64,000 nt of DNA, taken from an uncultured virus (IMG/VR IMGVR_UViG_3300011258_000929) (Duplodnaviria > Heunggongvirae > Uroviricota > Caudoviricetes). The stretch is from IMG/VR virus record IMGVR_UViG_3300011258_000929; one strand, written 5' to 3'. A program made the translations under genes and the position numbers. Below are positions 1-10,639 of the stretch, in pieces. Below the pieces are notes generated by a model, which made no database searches, had not been told where the DNA came from, and saw only the letters and a program-made list of their open reading frames with translations. How positions within the stretch are numbered: the first letter of the stretch is position 1; each line of letters starts with the position of its first letter.

Positions 1-1854
1 AATTCCATCATTTTTAACCCGTATAGTATCGCTATTTGTTTCAATAGTAGAATCATCTACATTTACTGCTATTACTGCACTTGAAGCAGTAAGGCCATCA
101 CCGGCAAACAAAGTCGCTATGTCATCAATTGACTCTTTATGTATGCCATTATCCCCACTATCATTAAATGCTATTGTATCTCCACTTGCTATTGCTTCAG
201 CAGTTAAATTGTTTATGTCTAAACTTAGACTCGGTGTTCCAGTTGTAGCACCACCCGCCAAACCGCTATTAGAAGCAGTCGTAATACCTTCAATATCGCC
301 ACTACTTGAAGAAACAGCCGCCCAAGTTAGACCACCTGCCGCACCACTTTGGGCTTGTAGAAAATATCCGTTTGTTGGCGAATTAGAAACTTTAAGGTTG
401 TCTTCATCAACAACATTAGAAGCAATAACAGTACCACCATCGGCAGTAGAAGTAACTTCACCAGTATGGTTGGGGTGTTCATATTCCCTATCAATAATTA
501 AATATCCATTAGTCAAGGAACTTCCATCCACTGAAAAAGAATCACTTATTGCATATAGCATTACAGATTCTAGAGGTCTTAATTTTAAGTTGTTTACATC
601 AGTTTGTCTATAATCCTCACCAACACGGTTATCCTCAAATTTATCCGAGGATTGGGTAGTTACTGTTAAATTAGAAGTATCTACATTTTTAATTATAATA
701 ACTCTACTTTCAATAGATGCCGCCGAAGGCAAAGTAATTGTGCTACTATTACTAGAAGCATCTACTACAAGCAAAGAAGTAGTTCCATCATATTGCGTTA
801 CTCCCGAAGCACCTAAAGCCAATGCCTTTTCTATTGAAACCAAACCCTCAACTACTAATAGTTCTTCTTGAGCAGTTAATGTTCCGTCACCGTCCGAAGT
901 TAAAACTCTATTAGCGGCATCTGTAGCAATAATTTCTTCTAAGTCCAAATTAAGTGTCGTTGCACCTGCCGCAGTCAAACCATCACTTACTGTAATTTCT
1001 GTTAAATCTAAATTAATAGTTGCTGAATAATTCCCACTTGCAGTATTAGTTTCCGAAGCAATATCAATGCCTGTCCCCTCACTTAAATCAACACCAGTAA
1101 TATCTCCTTGAGGTGCTAAGTCAGCAATAGATTGAGCAGTAATAGTTCTAATGGTTTCGTCATTATCACCGTCTTGAATAATAACTTTGCTATTAGCCCC
1201 ATGAGCAGTGGCAGTTGGTAGAGTATCTAGTTTATGTAATCCAGTCATAGTAATACCATTAGCGTCACCAGTCAAAGTACCAACTTCGGTATAAGCATTT
1301 GAGTTTTCATAGCCTATACTTACACTGTTTTCTTTTTTAGCCGTTGTAAAATACTGTATTAATCGTTGTGCGCTGTTCTCACCGTTTGACAATCGAATCA
1401 TAGCAATGGGTATATCTCCGGCAGTCAATTGAGGAACGGTATTTAGAGTCTCTTTGTTTCCATTGTCTCTAATAGCAAGAGTATTATTGGCCGCTACAAC
1501 TAGGAGAAAATAGCCATTGCCTGTAGAAGAAGGCGCATCAAAGGTACTTGGAGTTCCCGATGTGAAGGTAGTAGTGGCATCATTAGAAGGAACAAGTATT
1601 GCTTTACCGTCACGCATAACCTTACCCGAACCAACAACGAATTGAGTATTTCCGCTTGAATCTGTTTGAACAATGCTAAAGTTTTCTGTAGTAGAATTAG
1701 TAGCCGCATTTAGAATAGCATAGTTTCCTTGAACCCCAACTGCTAATGCTTTGAATAAACCACTATGGGGAAAGTCTACTTCATCTACCATTCCACCCAA
1801 AGTTGGGTCTACACTTAATCGGCTATAGTTTCCATTGTTCAAACTGTTCGTCAT
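1..1854 (-). CDS. Tail fibre/receptor-binding protein, runs off the left edge (not in ORF track)
   Basis: ATG at 1854 (MTNSLNNGNYSRLSVDPTLGGMVDEVDFPHSGLFKAL...), Gly/Ser/Thr/Asp-rich; no stop in the in-frame segments I translated; distal end of tail module. Confidence 0.6.
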   Translation of the reverse strand, partial: MTNSLNNGNYSRLSVDPTLGGMVDEVDFPHSGLFKALAVGVQGNYAILNAATNSTTENFSIVQTDSSGNTQFVVGSGKVMRDGKAILVPSNDATTTFTSGTPSTFDAPSSTGNGYFLLVVAANNTLAIRDNGNKETLNTVPQLTAGDIPIAMIRLSNGENSAQRLIQYFTTAKKENSVSIGYENSNAYTEVGTLTGDANGITMTGLHKLDTLPTATAHGANSKVIIQDGDNDETIRTITAQSIADLAPQGDITGVDLSEGTGIDIASETNTASGNYSATINLDLTEITVSDGLTAAGATTLNLDLEEIIATDAANRVLTSDGDGTLTAQEELLVVEGLVSIEKALALGASGVTQYDGTTSLLVVDASSNSSTITLPSAASIESRVIIIKNVDTSNLTVTTQSSDKFEDNRVGEDYRQTDVNNLKLRPLESVMLYAISDSFSVDGSSLTNGYLIIDREYEHPNHTGEVTSTADGGTVIASNVVDEDNLKVSNSPTNGYFLQAQSGAAGGLTWAAVSSSSGDIEGITTASNSGLAGGATTGTPSLSLDINNLTAEAIASGDTIAFNDSGDNGIHKESIDDIATLFAGDGLTASSAVIAVNVDDSTIETNSDTIRVKNDGI

Positions 1855-1855
1855 A

Positions 1856-2227
1856 TCATTCAACCTCTATAGTAACATAAAAATCTACATCTTCACCGGA
1901 TGCAAACGGCCCTATTCCTTCAAAGGGAATGCGAGTTAATAGTTGGGTATATTCAGCAATTGAAGTTCCTGCGCCATTGGTGTATTGCTTATTGAATATA
2001 CCAATCTCTCTAATAGTATATCCGGCAATAGAAGCCCCTGTTACTGTAAACTTAAACTCTATTACATTGTTATCGCTTTGAGATGCCGATGCTGAAACAT
2101 CAACAATAGGTACATCTAAATCAGTAGTTAAAGGGTTTGTTGAATTACCACCAACACCTATTCTAGCCTTTAGATAAACAGCCGCTAGATGAGTTGCCAA
2201 ACTAGTTCTCAAGTCGTCTGTTATCAT
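1856..2227 (-). CDS. Baseplate/tail-fibre attachment protein
   Basis: IGVGG and GYTIREIGIF motifs like fibre N-terminal/baseplate domains; position. Confidence 0.5.
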   Translation of the reverse strand: MITDDLRTSLATHLAAVYLKARIGVGGNSTNPLTTDLDVPIVDVSASASQSDNNVIEFKFTVTGASIAGYTIREIGIFNKQYTNGAGTSIAEYTQLLTRIPFEGIGPFASGEDVDFYVTIEVE

Positions 2228-5200
2228 AATTCAGTCTCCAAAATTGTAGTTATGCTAGTAGAACCAATAGAACCGAAACCAATGACTGCACCAAACCCAA
2301 TTCGCTGTGAGAACCCAATGTTAAAAGAACTTCCCCCACTTCCACCGACCCTGTTACGAATTAAGAGTTTTACTTCCTTTACTTTTATGCTTTCAAAGAA
2401 AGAAATACTAGTGTCCGAATCCTTGAAAACCTTGGGTCTAAGAGCCGCTACTGTCTTTTTATTCTGTAGTTGGATTTCAGCGAATCTATCAGTAAGACCC
2501 TTACTGAACCTACCCAATTCCATTTTTATGAAACCATCCATAGTGTGTTCCATTTGAAGAATAATGTATTCATTCAATTGTACATTCTCTTGAATAAGTT
2601 CTAGAGTAACAAGGTCGCCCGATTTAACTTGAGATATGTTTAGATGGCCCAGTTCGACGGTTATTTTTTCATTGAGAGTAGAGTGCAACCTAAGTAATTC
2701 ACTAGCCCTTCTATCAACATCGGGTTGAGTAAACAAAGTATCATCATCAACTTCTAATGTCTTTCTTCCTCTCTTCTTTATGCTTTTTTGGTTTTGCCTC
2801 TTAGCCTTAAAACCCGAACCATAGACAATTACTTCATTGTAGAAGTCAAACAATACTTTGGATTTAGAAAAGTCTTTAATTTCTAATTTATTGTTTCTGT
2901 CACTAATAAATAGTTTAGAATCGGAATTAGTAGTGTCTTTATCCGTTAATGAAAACTTATCATTGTCATATATTATTTTCTTATTCTTTCTTTCCACCAA
3001 ATAATTAATTGCACTAAACAAATCAATACCTTGGTAGTTCGGTGCTAAGAACAATGGGTAGTTTTCTTCATAAGAAGTAGTGAACTCAATATCGTTTTCT
3101 TCAAGTAAATCATTGATAAGGTCTTCTGCCTCATTACAAATAGAAACTACAGAACCAATCATTGCCCTCTTAGGTCTTCCTTTTATGTTGTTATTGGTTG
3201 TTATAGTGAGTATCTCGGATATTGAAATAACTCCCTTTGTTTCTTTATGTTTCCCAAAAGTAAGGTCTGTGCCTTTGTTTGTACCATTTGTTTCTAAATC
3301 TATTGAAGTCTTAAATGTAGTTTCTCCATCACTAATACATAGAGCCTTACCAATTTCTACTTCTCCTGTAGAACTATCGTAGAATTGAAAAACTGTAACA
3401 TCGGGGTCACGACCCACAACCCATTGTTTCGTTGCCGACCCATCCGTAACTCCTATTGAACCGTCTAAATCTACAAGAGCATACATGGATAGAACGCCTT
3501 CGTTATGTCCTATATTTTCTGTATCTCCTGCCGAAGTACCCGAAACAACATCAATATATCTAGAAGAATTATTTCCCGACTTTATTAGATATGATTGAGT
3601 TGTAGAATATGTTTTATCCTCGTAAGGCATTTTAGTATATTCCGAAGAGAGTGTATTCAACTTTATTTTGTTCGGAGTAAAACTATGGGTACAAGTATGA
3701 TTGGGTTGCATGACTCTATAATATCCGGCAGGAAGAGATTGGTCTGTTAAAATAACATGTCTTTTAGTAGTGCTTCCAGTATCTATTTCATGCGAAACAA
3801 CATAGGCAATATTTGTAGGAATCATATTATTTATTGAGTTTGGCTGTGAGTCCAAAGAAATTGTTGTAGTAACAGCAATAGATTCAGCCGCAGTAGCCCC
3901 CACCTCTCCATGTTCTGTTCCTTTTTCCGAAACCAAGTAGCAACCTGTTAAGTCTTTAACATAATCCAAATATGGATATGTAGCGGAGTTTAGAATGTAT
4001 TGATAATTACTAGTTCCCGAAGGCCCATCTAAGGTGGCAGTAGCCGCAGGTAACTTAACTCTTAACTTGAATCCCATGTATATTCCTTCGGCATCTGTAG
4101 CCGTACTAGAAGTTGTAGAAGAAGAACCATTATTGTCACCTCCGTATATGTGATTAAAAACATTAGGTCTAAGAGTAAGACCCATGTTCAATAGTGTCCC
4201 CCCAGTATAACTTCTTAGATGAGTATTGTCATTAGGAGGAAATACTGTACCCGAAGAAGTCATAGGTTCGGTAACTCCATCATCAATATTGAATCTATCT
4301 AAGACTACTCCAAAAATACCGTATTGTAAAAAGGCATCACTAGTGGCACTTACTTCACTAGAGTATGGCAGTGAGTCTAAAGCCTTGAAGTATAAACTTG
4401 AATGTGCAGTTTTATCTGTACTTAAACTCGCACTTCCAAAAGTAAAGGGCAATACTAAATTGCTATAGTGGTCTGCATGAACAGTAGTCCCGCTACCTGT
4501 TGCATTAGTTGGCCCAGTAAAAACTTCTGTCATTTTTTCATTAAAAGAACTACTAGTATATACTCCTCCATGAAGCATACCCTTTAGCGGGTGTGGTTTG
4601 TCTGTAAATACATTAGTGCTGTCACCATCACCGTGACCCGTTACTAGACTAGTATGTTGCTGTGCTTTGAAAACTCCACCACTTGTAGGGAATGAAGAAT
4701 CCGAGCCAGTAAGAACTACATTTCCTCCTCCCGAACCATAGCCTAGATTTTTCAAATTGATTGTTGCACCGCTTTTACCCGATGCTTCACCAATCATATT
4801 ACCGTTTGAATCACAAATTATATCTCCATCGGATATTGCCGTAGAGATAGTGCCATCCAAAGTAATACTAGTAGCATTGGCACTACTAATGTTCAAAGTA
4901 GTTCCTCCCGAATCAACAATGGCTGAAGTAAATGTGTGAAAATTATACTTAAACTTGTTAATTGTTTTCTTCTTCTCCGGTGGGTTTTCCGAATCGAACT
5001 GATTGAATGTAGAATCGAAAACTAATTCAGTTAATCTCATCATACCAAATGTCTTTAATTTACTAACATCAGCCACATCGTATTCAATAATATTAGCACT
5101 TTGATAATCAGTATCTAATATTTTCTTAGATATTCCCGAACCTTCGTAATTAGAATGTTTTGTAGAAAACTCATCCTCATTAGGTTCGTTTAATAGGAAT

Positions 5201-8200
5201 AACTTAAACTTCTTCAAGTCTCTATTTGAATAAAACAAACTATCCGTTCTAAGCCTAGAGTATGGTAATAAATCCGAAGTTGCAAATAAAAACATTCTTG
5301 AAACCTTTGGGTCTATTTGTTCTATGAAATCCTTAATGTAGTAATTGCTCTTGATTAGACCACCTTGAGTTGGGTCTGCGGAAGTAAATACTCTTGGTTT
5401 AGTATGGCCGCTTTCATAGATATCATAATCCCAAAAGAGTGAGCCGCTAGCAGGATATGTTCCTCTTTCTTCAATGGGTAAGTGTCTGTGCGCTGTTTCT
5501 TGAAATCGGCTAGGTATTTTTTGAAGAGTAGTTTGTCCGTGACTTAGTTTGTATGCCGAGGAATAGTATTGTAATTTACTACCACCTCCGTAATAATTGA
5601 CATCGGATTTTAATGACACTTCGCTAGTACTGCCCGCCCCAGTTCTAAGATAGTAATTAGTAGCAATTGCTTGGGTCTTTCTGTTAAAGTCCCCCTTTTC
5701 TATGTGATTTAATTTATAAATAGAAGGCCCAAATCGTTCAGCATATGTTTTCATCAAAGAATTACTTACTGCGCTAGTGGGCCTAGTAAAATTGTAATAT
5801 GTTGGTTTTTCATAATTACCCGCATTACTGCCATATTGAGAGTTCAACAAAGTGACATATTTACCACCATGTAAATGTTCTCCATTTATGAAATATAAAT
5901 TAGTACTGTCTTTAGAAACATAGTCGGATAAACCGGAAGAACCCGCAGTCAATACAGAAATAGTTGCACCCGAAGAATAATTTGTAGCATTTCTATCTAA
6001 GAATATTCTGTAAGTGTCTGCACTACCTCCTCCTTCATAAGCAACAACCTGCAAACAATATCCTACAAAAGAAGAATCCACATATATAGGAAGGCCCTCT
6101 TTTGCCACCGATTTTATTGTTGAAACACTAGATGGTAATACATCGAGCCATTTATTTGCGACCAATAGGGAAGAAGTTGAAGCGTTTGTTGTCGTTCCTA
6201 TTGTAGTGTATGTATTTTCATAATTATCGTAATCGTTATGGTCGGCCCTACCTAGAGTCAAGGGCAAATAGGGTGCTATCTCGATTGTTGTTTTACCATC
6301 TACAGTAGATATATTCAATATTGAAAAGTCCATAAGAGTATTAACAGTATCAAATGTTTCAAAATTAGAACCGCCGTCACTTAGTCTAGATTGAAATTGC
6401 TCATCCTTTCTACTTACAGATGAAGGATGATGTATGTGATATCCTACTGCTCTTGTATCTACCCCAGTGCTTCTAGAAGTAGTAGTTCCAACCAACAAAG
6501 AATCATCGGCTATGTTTATTCCGCTTTCAAAGAAAAGCCCCTTGTCAGCACTACCAGTCAAAGAAGTAGCAAAAGAAGAAAGTTGATTATCAGCCGATAA
6601 TGCCTTATTAAACATGTAGTTTTTATTTGCCTCTCTCCAAATTTCTATTTCATTATGTGTAGTAACATAAGTTCCATCGGCTAAAGGCATATGTTTCATA
6701 GTAACTGTTGTTATTCCCAAACCACTATCTGTAACAGTACCATTAACTTCTCCAATATATGCAACAACTCCATTCATATACTTAGCATATATTTTATCCC
6801 CACCCCCACTATTTAGGGCATTGACGGTTTTTGTAGTGTCTAAAGTGAATGTTACACTATCAAATGTAATTTCATCTCCATTTGTTAATTCACCAACTTT
6901 TTCTAAAGAATTAAATGGACTCAAACTAGAATAAACAATGTCCTCGGAAAATAAAGTATTCTTATTTACAATTGGAGATATTAGTTTAGAGTAACTATCT
7001 CTTCCCGAAATAATCATCATGTTTTGACCGTATTCTCTTTCAGTTTCTATTTGCTCAACTTCCCCGCTAAACCTTTCTATTTCTAAAACATAGTCACCAG
7101 TAACATATTCTAATGCTGAATAAGGAGAACCGTATTTTTCTCCCAAAGCATTATTAAAACTTAGAGTAAGTAGTTTCTTATGTTCATTAGAACTAGTAAC
7201 AGTTGCTTCTAATCCCTCGTAGTTTATATCGGATATTACAACTCTTAAACTACTTTCCCTACCTTCTATAATAGGAAATGTGGTGAGAAGAGTTGAGTTT
7301 AAACTACTAAATGCTCTACGATATAATCTATCTCCGCTAGATAAAGTATAAGCGGAACTAGAAAAAACCTTTGAAGTTTCTAATCTACTGTCGGCAGTAA
7401 ATGTTATGTCTTGAGTATTATTCGTCGTATCTAAGTTATCTCTAGCACTTACTCTTAATACTCTATCACCGACACGAACTTCTTCATTTAGACTGATTAT
7501 ATCCTTTAGGTCATAGTCTCCATCTACGGAAAATGTATATTCATTACCGGAAACATTTGCTGAAACTGTTGCTTTCAAAGGAAACCATTCAAAAAAGTGT
7601 CCTCTTTGTACTTGGTGTCGAACTCTAAGAGCATCAAACTCATTTATTTTAGAAGGCATTATTCTCAAAGTATCAATGAGTTTTGCCTCGGCATAACCCC
7701 CTCGACCACCAACAGATTCCTTAACCATTGAATTGATAACATAAGGGACATCGTTTGCCTTCGATGGAGAGAATGAATAATGAGCATATCGAGTTGGCCC
7801 TAGCATGGCTAAACCATTTGTTATAGAAGAACTAGCATTAGCGGTGGGTCTTCTAGCGTGTAAGAAACATTTGTTATAATCTGTAAAGTCATTGTTTACA
7901 GGAGTCAATCCTTCATTAGAAGTTTGTTTAGTAGAACTAGCGGCATTTCTTGGGTCGTCTAGATTCTTTAGATTATCAACTAGAGATGCTTTAATTGAAT
8001 AACTACTGTAGTCCTTTATGAAAAACCCAAAGTCGGAAGTAGTGACAAAGGTAGTTTTATCACTAAAAGTATTAACCGTAGCGGTGCTAATTAAGGAATT
8101 GTCTTCGTATTGTAAAAAATACTTAGTGCCGTGGTCTAGTTCGTTCTTCTTGTCTAACCTATCATTGTAAAAATAAAAATAAGGTCTTGAACACATGTAT

Positions 8201-8778
8201 GATTTATTTATTCTATATGTTGTAGAACCCGCAGTAACTTCTGTTGCTCTAATTCCCATTGATACTGCAACTACCGAAGTTTCAGTAATAGGCGGCCCTT
8301 TGAAAATAATAAACTTAGTGTCTTTGGGTATTTGTTTTCCAAGTCTAGGCTCAAACTCAAAGGTATCTCCCGAAACATCATCAGTTAATGTTTCAGTTAT
8401 TTTTGCAAAATGGTGCATGAGTGCATTGTCGGAATGAATAAGAACGAAGTAATCATATCCACTATCGAGAGAGTTTAGTCTAATACCCGTAGAATCATAG
8501 TCGCTGTAGCATTTAATTTTATAGCCTTCTGTATTTTCCAAGTTATTGTATTCAGTTGTAGAATTATCACTGCCTTCTAATTGTTTAATAAACGAAGGAC
8601 TGTAACTATCATCTGTAGATATAGAAGCAAATAGTCTTCGTGTATCATCCAAAGTAGAACTCTCTCTAATGATAGGATTGGTAGGACAATCAAAGTTTAC
8701 AGAATTAGTTGCGTCAGCAAGGGTTACAACTGTAGTTGGATTTATTGTATTGCCCTTTCTAATAACATGAACTGTCAT
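2224..8778 (-). CDS. Large tail-tip/baseplate hub protein (2184 aa)
   Basis: Size, Ser/Thr/Gly-rich middle, hub-like C-terminus (NEVIVYG...SIKKRGRK...RASELL...GDLVTL); position after tape measure. Confidence 0.6.
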   Translation of the reverse strand: MTVHVIRKGNTINPTTVVTLADATNSVNFDCPTNPIIRESSTLDDTRRLFASISTDDSYSPSFIKQLEGSDNSTTEYNNLENTEGYKIKCYSDYDSTGIRLNSLDSGYDYFVLIHSDNALMHHFAKITETLTDDVSGDTFEFEPRLGKQIPKDTKFIIFKGPPITETSVVAVSMGIRATEVTAGSTTYRINKSYMCSRPYFYFYNDRLDKKNELDHGTKYFLQYEDNSLISTATVNTFSDKTTFVTTSDFGFFIKDYSSYSIKASLVDNLKNLDDPRNAASSTKQTSNEGLTPVNNDFTDYNKCFLHARRPTANASSSITNGLAMLGPTRYAHYSFSPSKANDVPYVINSMVKESVGGRGGYAEAKLIDTLRIMPSKINEFDALRVRHQVQRGHFFEWFPLKATVSANVSGNEYTFSVDGDYDLKDIISLNEEVRVGDRVLRVSARDNLDTTNNTQDITFTADSRLETSKVFSSSAYTLSSGDRLYRRAFSSLNSTLLTTFPIIEGRESSLRVVISDINYEGLEATVTSSNEHKKLLTLSFNNALGEKYGSPYSALEYVTGDYVLEIERFSGEVEQIETEREYGQNMMIISGRDSYSKLISPIVNKNTLFSEDIVYSSLSPFNSLEKVGELTNGDEITFDSVTFTLDTTKTVNALNSGGGDKIYAKYMNGVVAYIGEVNGTVTDSGLGITTVTMKHMPLADGTYVTTHNEIEIWREANKNYMFNKALSADNQLSSFATSLTGSADKGLFFESGINIADDSLLVGTTTSRSTGVDTRAVGYHIHHPSSVSRKDEQFQSRLSDGGSNFETFDTVNTLMDFSILNISTVDGKTTIEIAPYLPLTLGRADHNDYDNYENTYTTIGTTTNASTSSLLVANKWLDVLPSSVSTIKSVAKEGLPIYVDSSFVGYCLQVVAYEGGGSADTYRIFLDRNATNYSSGATISVLTAGSSGLSDYVSKDSTNLYFINGEHLHGGKYVTLLNSQYGSNAGNYEKPTYYNFTRPTSAVSNSLMKTYAERFGPSIYKLNHIEKGDFNRKTQAIATNYYLRTGAGSTSEVSLKSDVNYYGGGSKLQYYSSAYKLSHGQTTLQKIPSRFQETAHRHLPIEERGTYPASGSLFWDYDIYESGHTKPRVFTSADPTQGGLIKSNYYIKDFIEQIDPKVSRMFLFATSDLLPYSRLRTDSLFYSNRDLKKFKLFLLNEPNEDEFSTKHSNYEGSGISKKILDTDYQSANIIEYDVADVSKLKTFGMMRLTELVFDSTFNQFDSENPPEKKKTINKFKYNFHTFTSAIVDSGGTTLNISSANATSITLDGTISTAISDGDIICDSNGNMIGEASGKSGATINLKNLGYGSGGGNVVLTGSDSSFPTSGGVFKAQQHTSLVTGHGDGDSTNVFTDKPHPLKGMLHGGVYTSSSFNEKMTEVFTGPTNATGSGTTVHADHYSNLVLPFTFGSASLSTDKTAHSSLYFKALDSLPYSSEVSATSDAFLQYGIFGVVLDRFNIDDGVTEPMTSSGTVFPPNDNTHLRSYTGGTLLNMGLTLRPNVFNHIYGGDNNGSSSTTSSTATDAEGIYMGFKLRVKLPAATATLDGPSGTSNYQYILNSATYPYLDYVKDLTGCYLVSEKGTEHGEVGATAAESIAVTTTISLDSQPNSINNMIPTNIAYVVSHEIDTGSTTKRHVILTDQSLPAGYYRVMQPNHTCTHSFTPNKIKLNTLSSEYTKMPYEDKTYSTTQSYLIKSGNNSSRYIDVVSGTSAGDTENIGHNEGVLSMYALVDLDGSIGVTDGSATKQWVVGRDPDVTVFQFYDSSTGEVEIGKALCISDGETTFKTSIDLETNGTNKGTDLTFGKHKETKGVISISEILTITTNNNIKGRPKRAMIGSVVSICNEAEDLINDLLEENDIEFTTSYEENYPLFLAPNYQGIDLFSAINYLVERKNKKIIYDNDKFSLTDKDTTNSDSKLFISDRNNKLEIKDFSKSKVLFDFYNEVIVYGSGFKAKRQNQKSIKKRGRKTLEVDDDTLFTQPDVDRRASELLRLHSTLNEKITVELGHLNISQVKSGDLVTLELIQENVQLNEYIILQMEHTMDGFIKMELGRFSKGLTDRFAEIQLQNKKTVAALRPKVFKDSDTSISFFESIKVKEVKLLIRNRVGGSGGSSFNIGFSQRIGFGAVIGFGSIGSTSITTILETEL

Positions 8779-9920
8779 TCGTCTACCTCCTCAAATCTAA
8801 AATAAAGAACTGTATTAGCAAACCTAGGTGTCAAATTAAAAATATTGAAAGTATCTACTGCCATATTGCTTATTGCAAATTCGTGCATCTCTCCCATAAA
8901 TTGATTATTAGAAACAGCAGTATTCGCACCCGTTCCACCAGTTCCGTTTGCTCCTAAAAAAAAGTCCTCCTTATCAAATGCAAAGGAATCTGTAGCATCA
9001 TGGGTAGAACTAGCAACTAAATTACCATCTAAATATATTCTCATTAATTTAGTAGTATTATTATATGTAACTGCGATATGATTGAAGTTATCTACATATG
9101 AAGGGTGCTGTAGAGTTTTGACATAAATATCAGTAGAGTTCAAATCGGTAGATTGACTAGTATCTAAGAAAACATTTCCATTAATAGTTCTAGCCTGTGT
9201 GACTTTACCTATTGATGTAGCAACACCACCACTTACTGTAAAAAGTTCTTGGCCTTCATAAAAATTATCTTTGGCAGTAGAAGAAAAATTCAAAGTACTG
9301 CCGGAGTTTCCCGAACTATCAGTGGTTCTTTCAAACGAATGTGTATATTTCCCATCTAAATTAAAAACTCCTTTAGTAAGGGAGTTGGTAGTATTATTTG
9401 CCAAAGGCCAATTTATTCCACTAGACGGTTTTATTAAAACCGGACTATCCAATGTTTTTGTAGTAGAACCTAAAATTAATTTAAATCTAATTTTATATTC
9501 GGCGGGTTGATTATGATTATGCGAGGTAGTATTTACCAAAGAAACTTGTACTTTAGTGCTATGAAATATTCTCATTTCATGGGTAAGTTTTGCAGTTTCG
9601 GATAAGTAATAATGTGATAAATTATCTGTAGAGGTTTGGTCTGTATCTATCGCCGGAATTATTTTTTTAGAGTTTTCTATGCTTTGTATATTTAGCGCAT
9701 GAAATCTACTAGCATATCCGTTTATGTCGTAAGGAGTAATTGTTGTCTCAATAGTAAATGCGTCTTGTAATGCCCAAACACCATAGACATTATCATCACT
9801 AGTGCCAGTTGTTGAATCAGCACCTTTTGGTATATTGTCCGAATAATCTATTTTTACATGTGCATTACACATAACAGGGAAGACTAAACTTCTTTGTTTT
9901 CCTGTTAATATTCTATACAT
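8775..9920 (-). CDS. LamG/concanavalin A-like tail protein
   Basis: HIAVTYN...RIYLDGNLV...FFLGA...FMGEMHEFAI LamG signature. Confidence 0.75.
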   Translation of the reverse strand: MYRILTGKQRSLVFPVMCNAHVKIDYSDNIPKGADSTTGTSDDNVYGVWALQDAFTIETTITPYDINGYASRFHALNIQSIENSKKIIPAIDTDQTSTDNLSHYYLSETAKLTHEMRIFHSTKVQVSLVNTTSHNHNQPAEYKIRFKLILGSTTKTLDSPVLIKPSSGINWPLANNTTNSLTKGVFNLDGKYTHSFERTTDSSGNSGSTLNFSSTAKDNFYEGQELFTVSGGVATSIGKVTQARTINGNVFLDTSQSTDLNSTDIYVKTLQHPSYVDNFNHIAVTYNNTTKLMRIYLDGNLVASSTHDATDSFAFDKEDFFLGANGTGGTGANTAVSNNQFMGEMHEFAISNMAVDTFNIFNLTPRFANTVLYFRFEEVDE

Positions 9921-9929
9921 TATTACACC

Positions 9930-10637
9930 TCAAGAAATTGCATCAGCAATAGTAGTAGCAATGTTTCCACTAGGGAATACTCTAGCAACTTCAAACTGCA
10001 TACTAAAGGAAATATCAATTGTTTCGGAATCTATAGTAGTATCAAAACTTCGGATAAACCCTTTCATTCCCTCGGAAAATTGGTCTGTGGGGAAGTCACT
10101 AGATAGTATCGCACCTCTATTATCTCTCTCTTTTTTATTGCCTCTAGCCGCATAGTTAAATGGTATTACTTGAGTAGTTGCTGTTCCTGCACCCGAATCA
10201 ACTCCTCTTTGCCTACCTTGTTCATCCACCTTAGAGTCGTAAAGAAAAACCAATTCATTTATTGCTTGGTATGTTTGTAGTCCAGTAGAATCTACGCTAG
10301 CATGTATCATTTGAGCCAATTCAATAGCAGTATATGTTTTAGCACCTGTAGGGGCATCGTCTTCCGCCCAACTTTTAGTAATAGAATCCTCGACAATAAA
10401 ACCTTGTAGAGAGATGCTCTTACTCGCCATACCCAAGTCTAGAGCCGCCGTTATAGATTCACCGGACAAAGCCCCTGCAAATGGTACTTCCATAGAAGGT
10501 ATTGTCTTTGAGGTCGCTATGCTAAGACTAGTCACTTTCAAAGGGATGGTATTTTCACTCAAACTAGTGGTGCTGTTATATGCACCTAGTTTCAAAAACA
10601 CTGCATGGTCTAGATTTGCACCGGCTAAGTTTGTCAT
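9930..10637 (-). CDS. Putative distal tail (Dit-like) protein
   Basis: Immediately after tape measure; DLG...ISLQG and GFIRSFD...FSMQF tube-like strands. Confidence 0.45.
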   Translation of the reverse strand: MTNLAGANLDHAVFLKLGAYNSTTSLSENTIPLKVTSLSIATSKTIPSMEVPFAGALSGESITAALDLGMASKSISLQGFIVEDSITKSWAEDDAPTGAKTYTAIELAQMIHASVDSTGLQTYQAINELVFLYDSKVDEQGRQRGVDSGAGTATTQVIPFNYAARGNKKERDNRGAILSSDFPTDQFSEGMKGFIRSFDTTIDSETIDISFSMQFEVARVFPSGNIATTIADAIS

Positions 10638-10639
10638 AA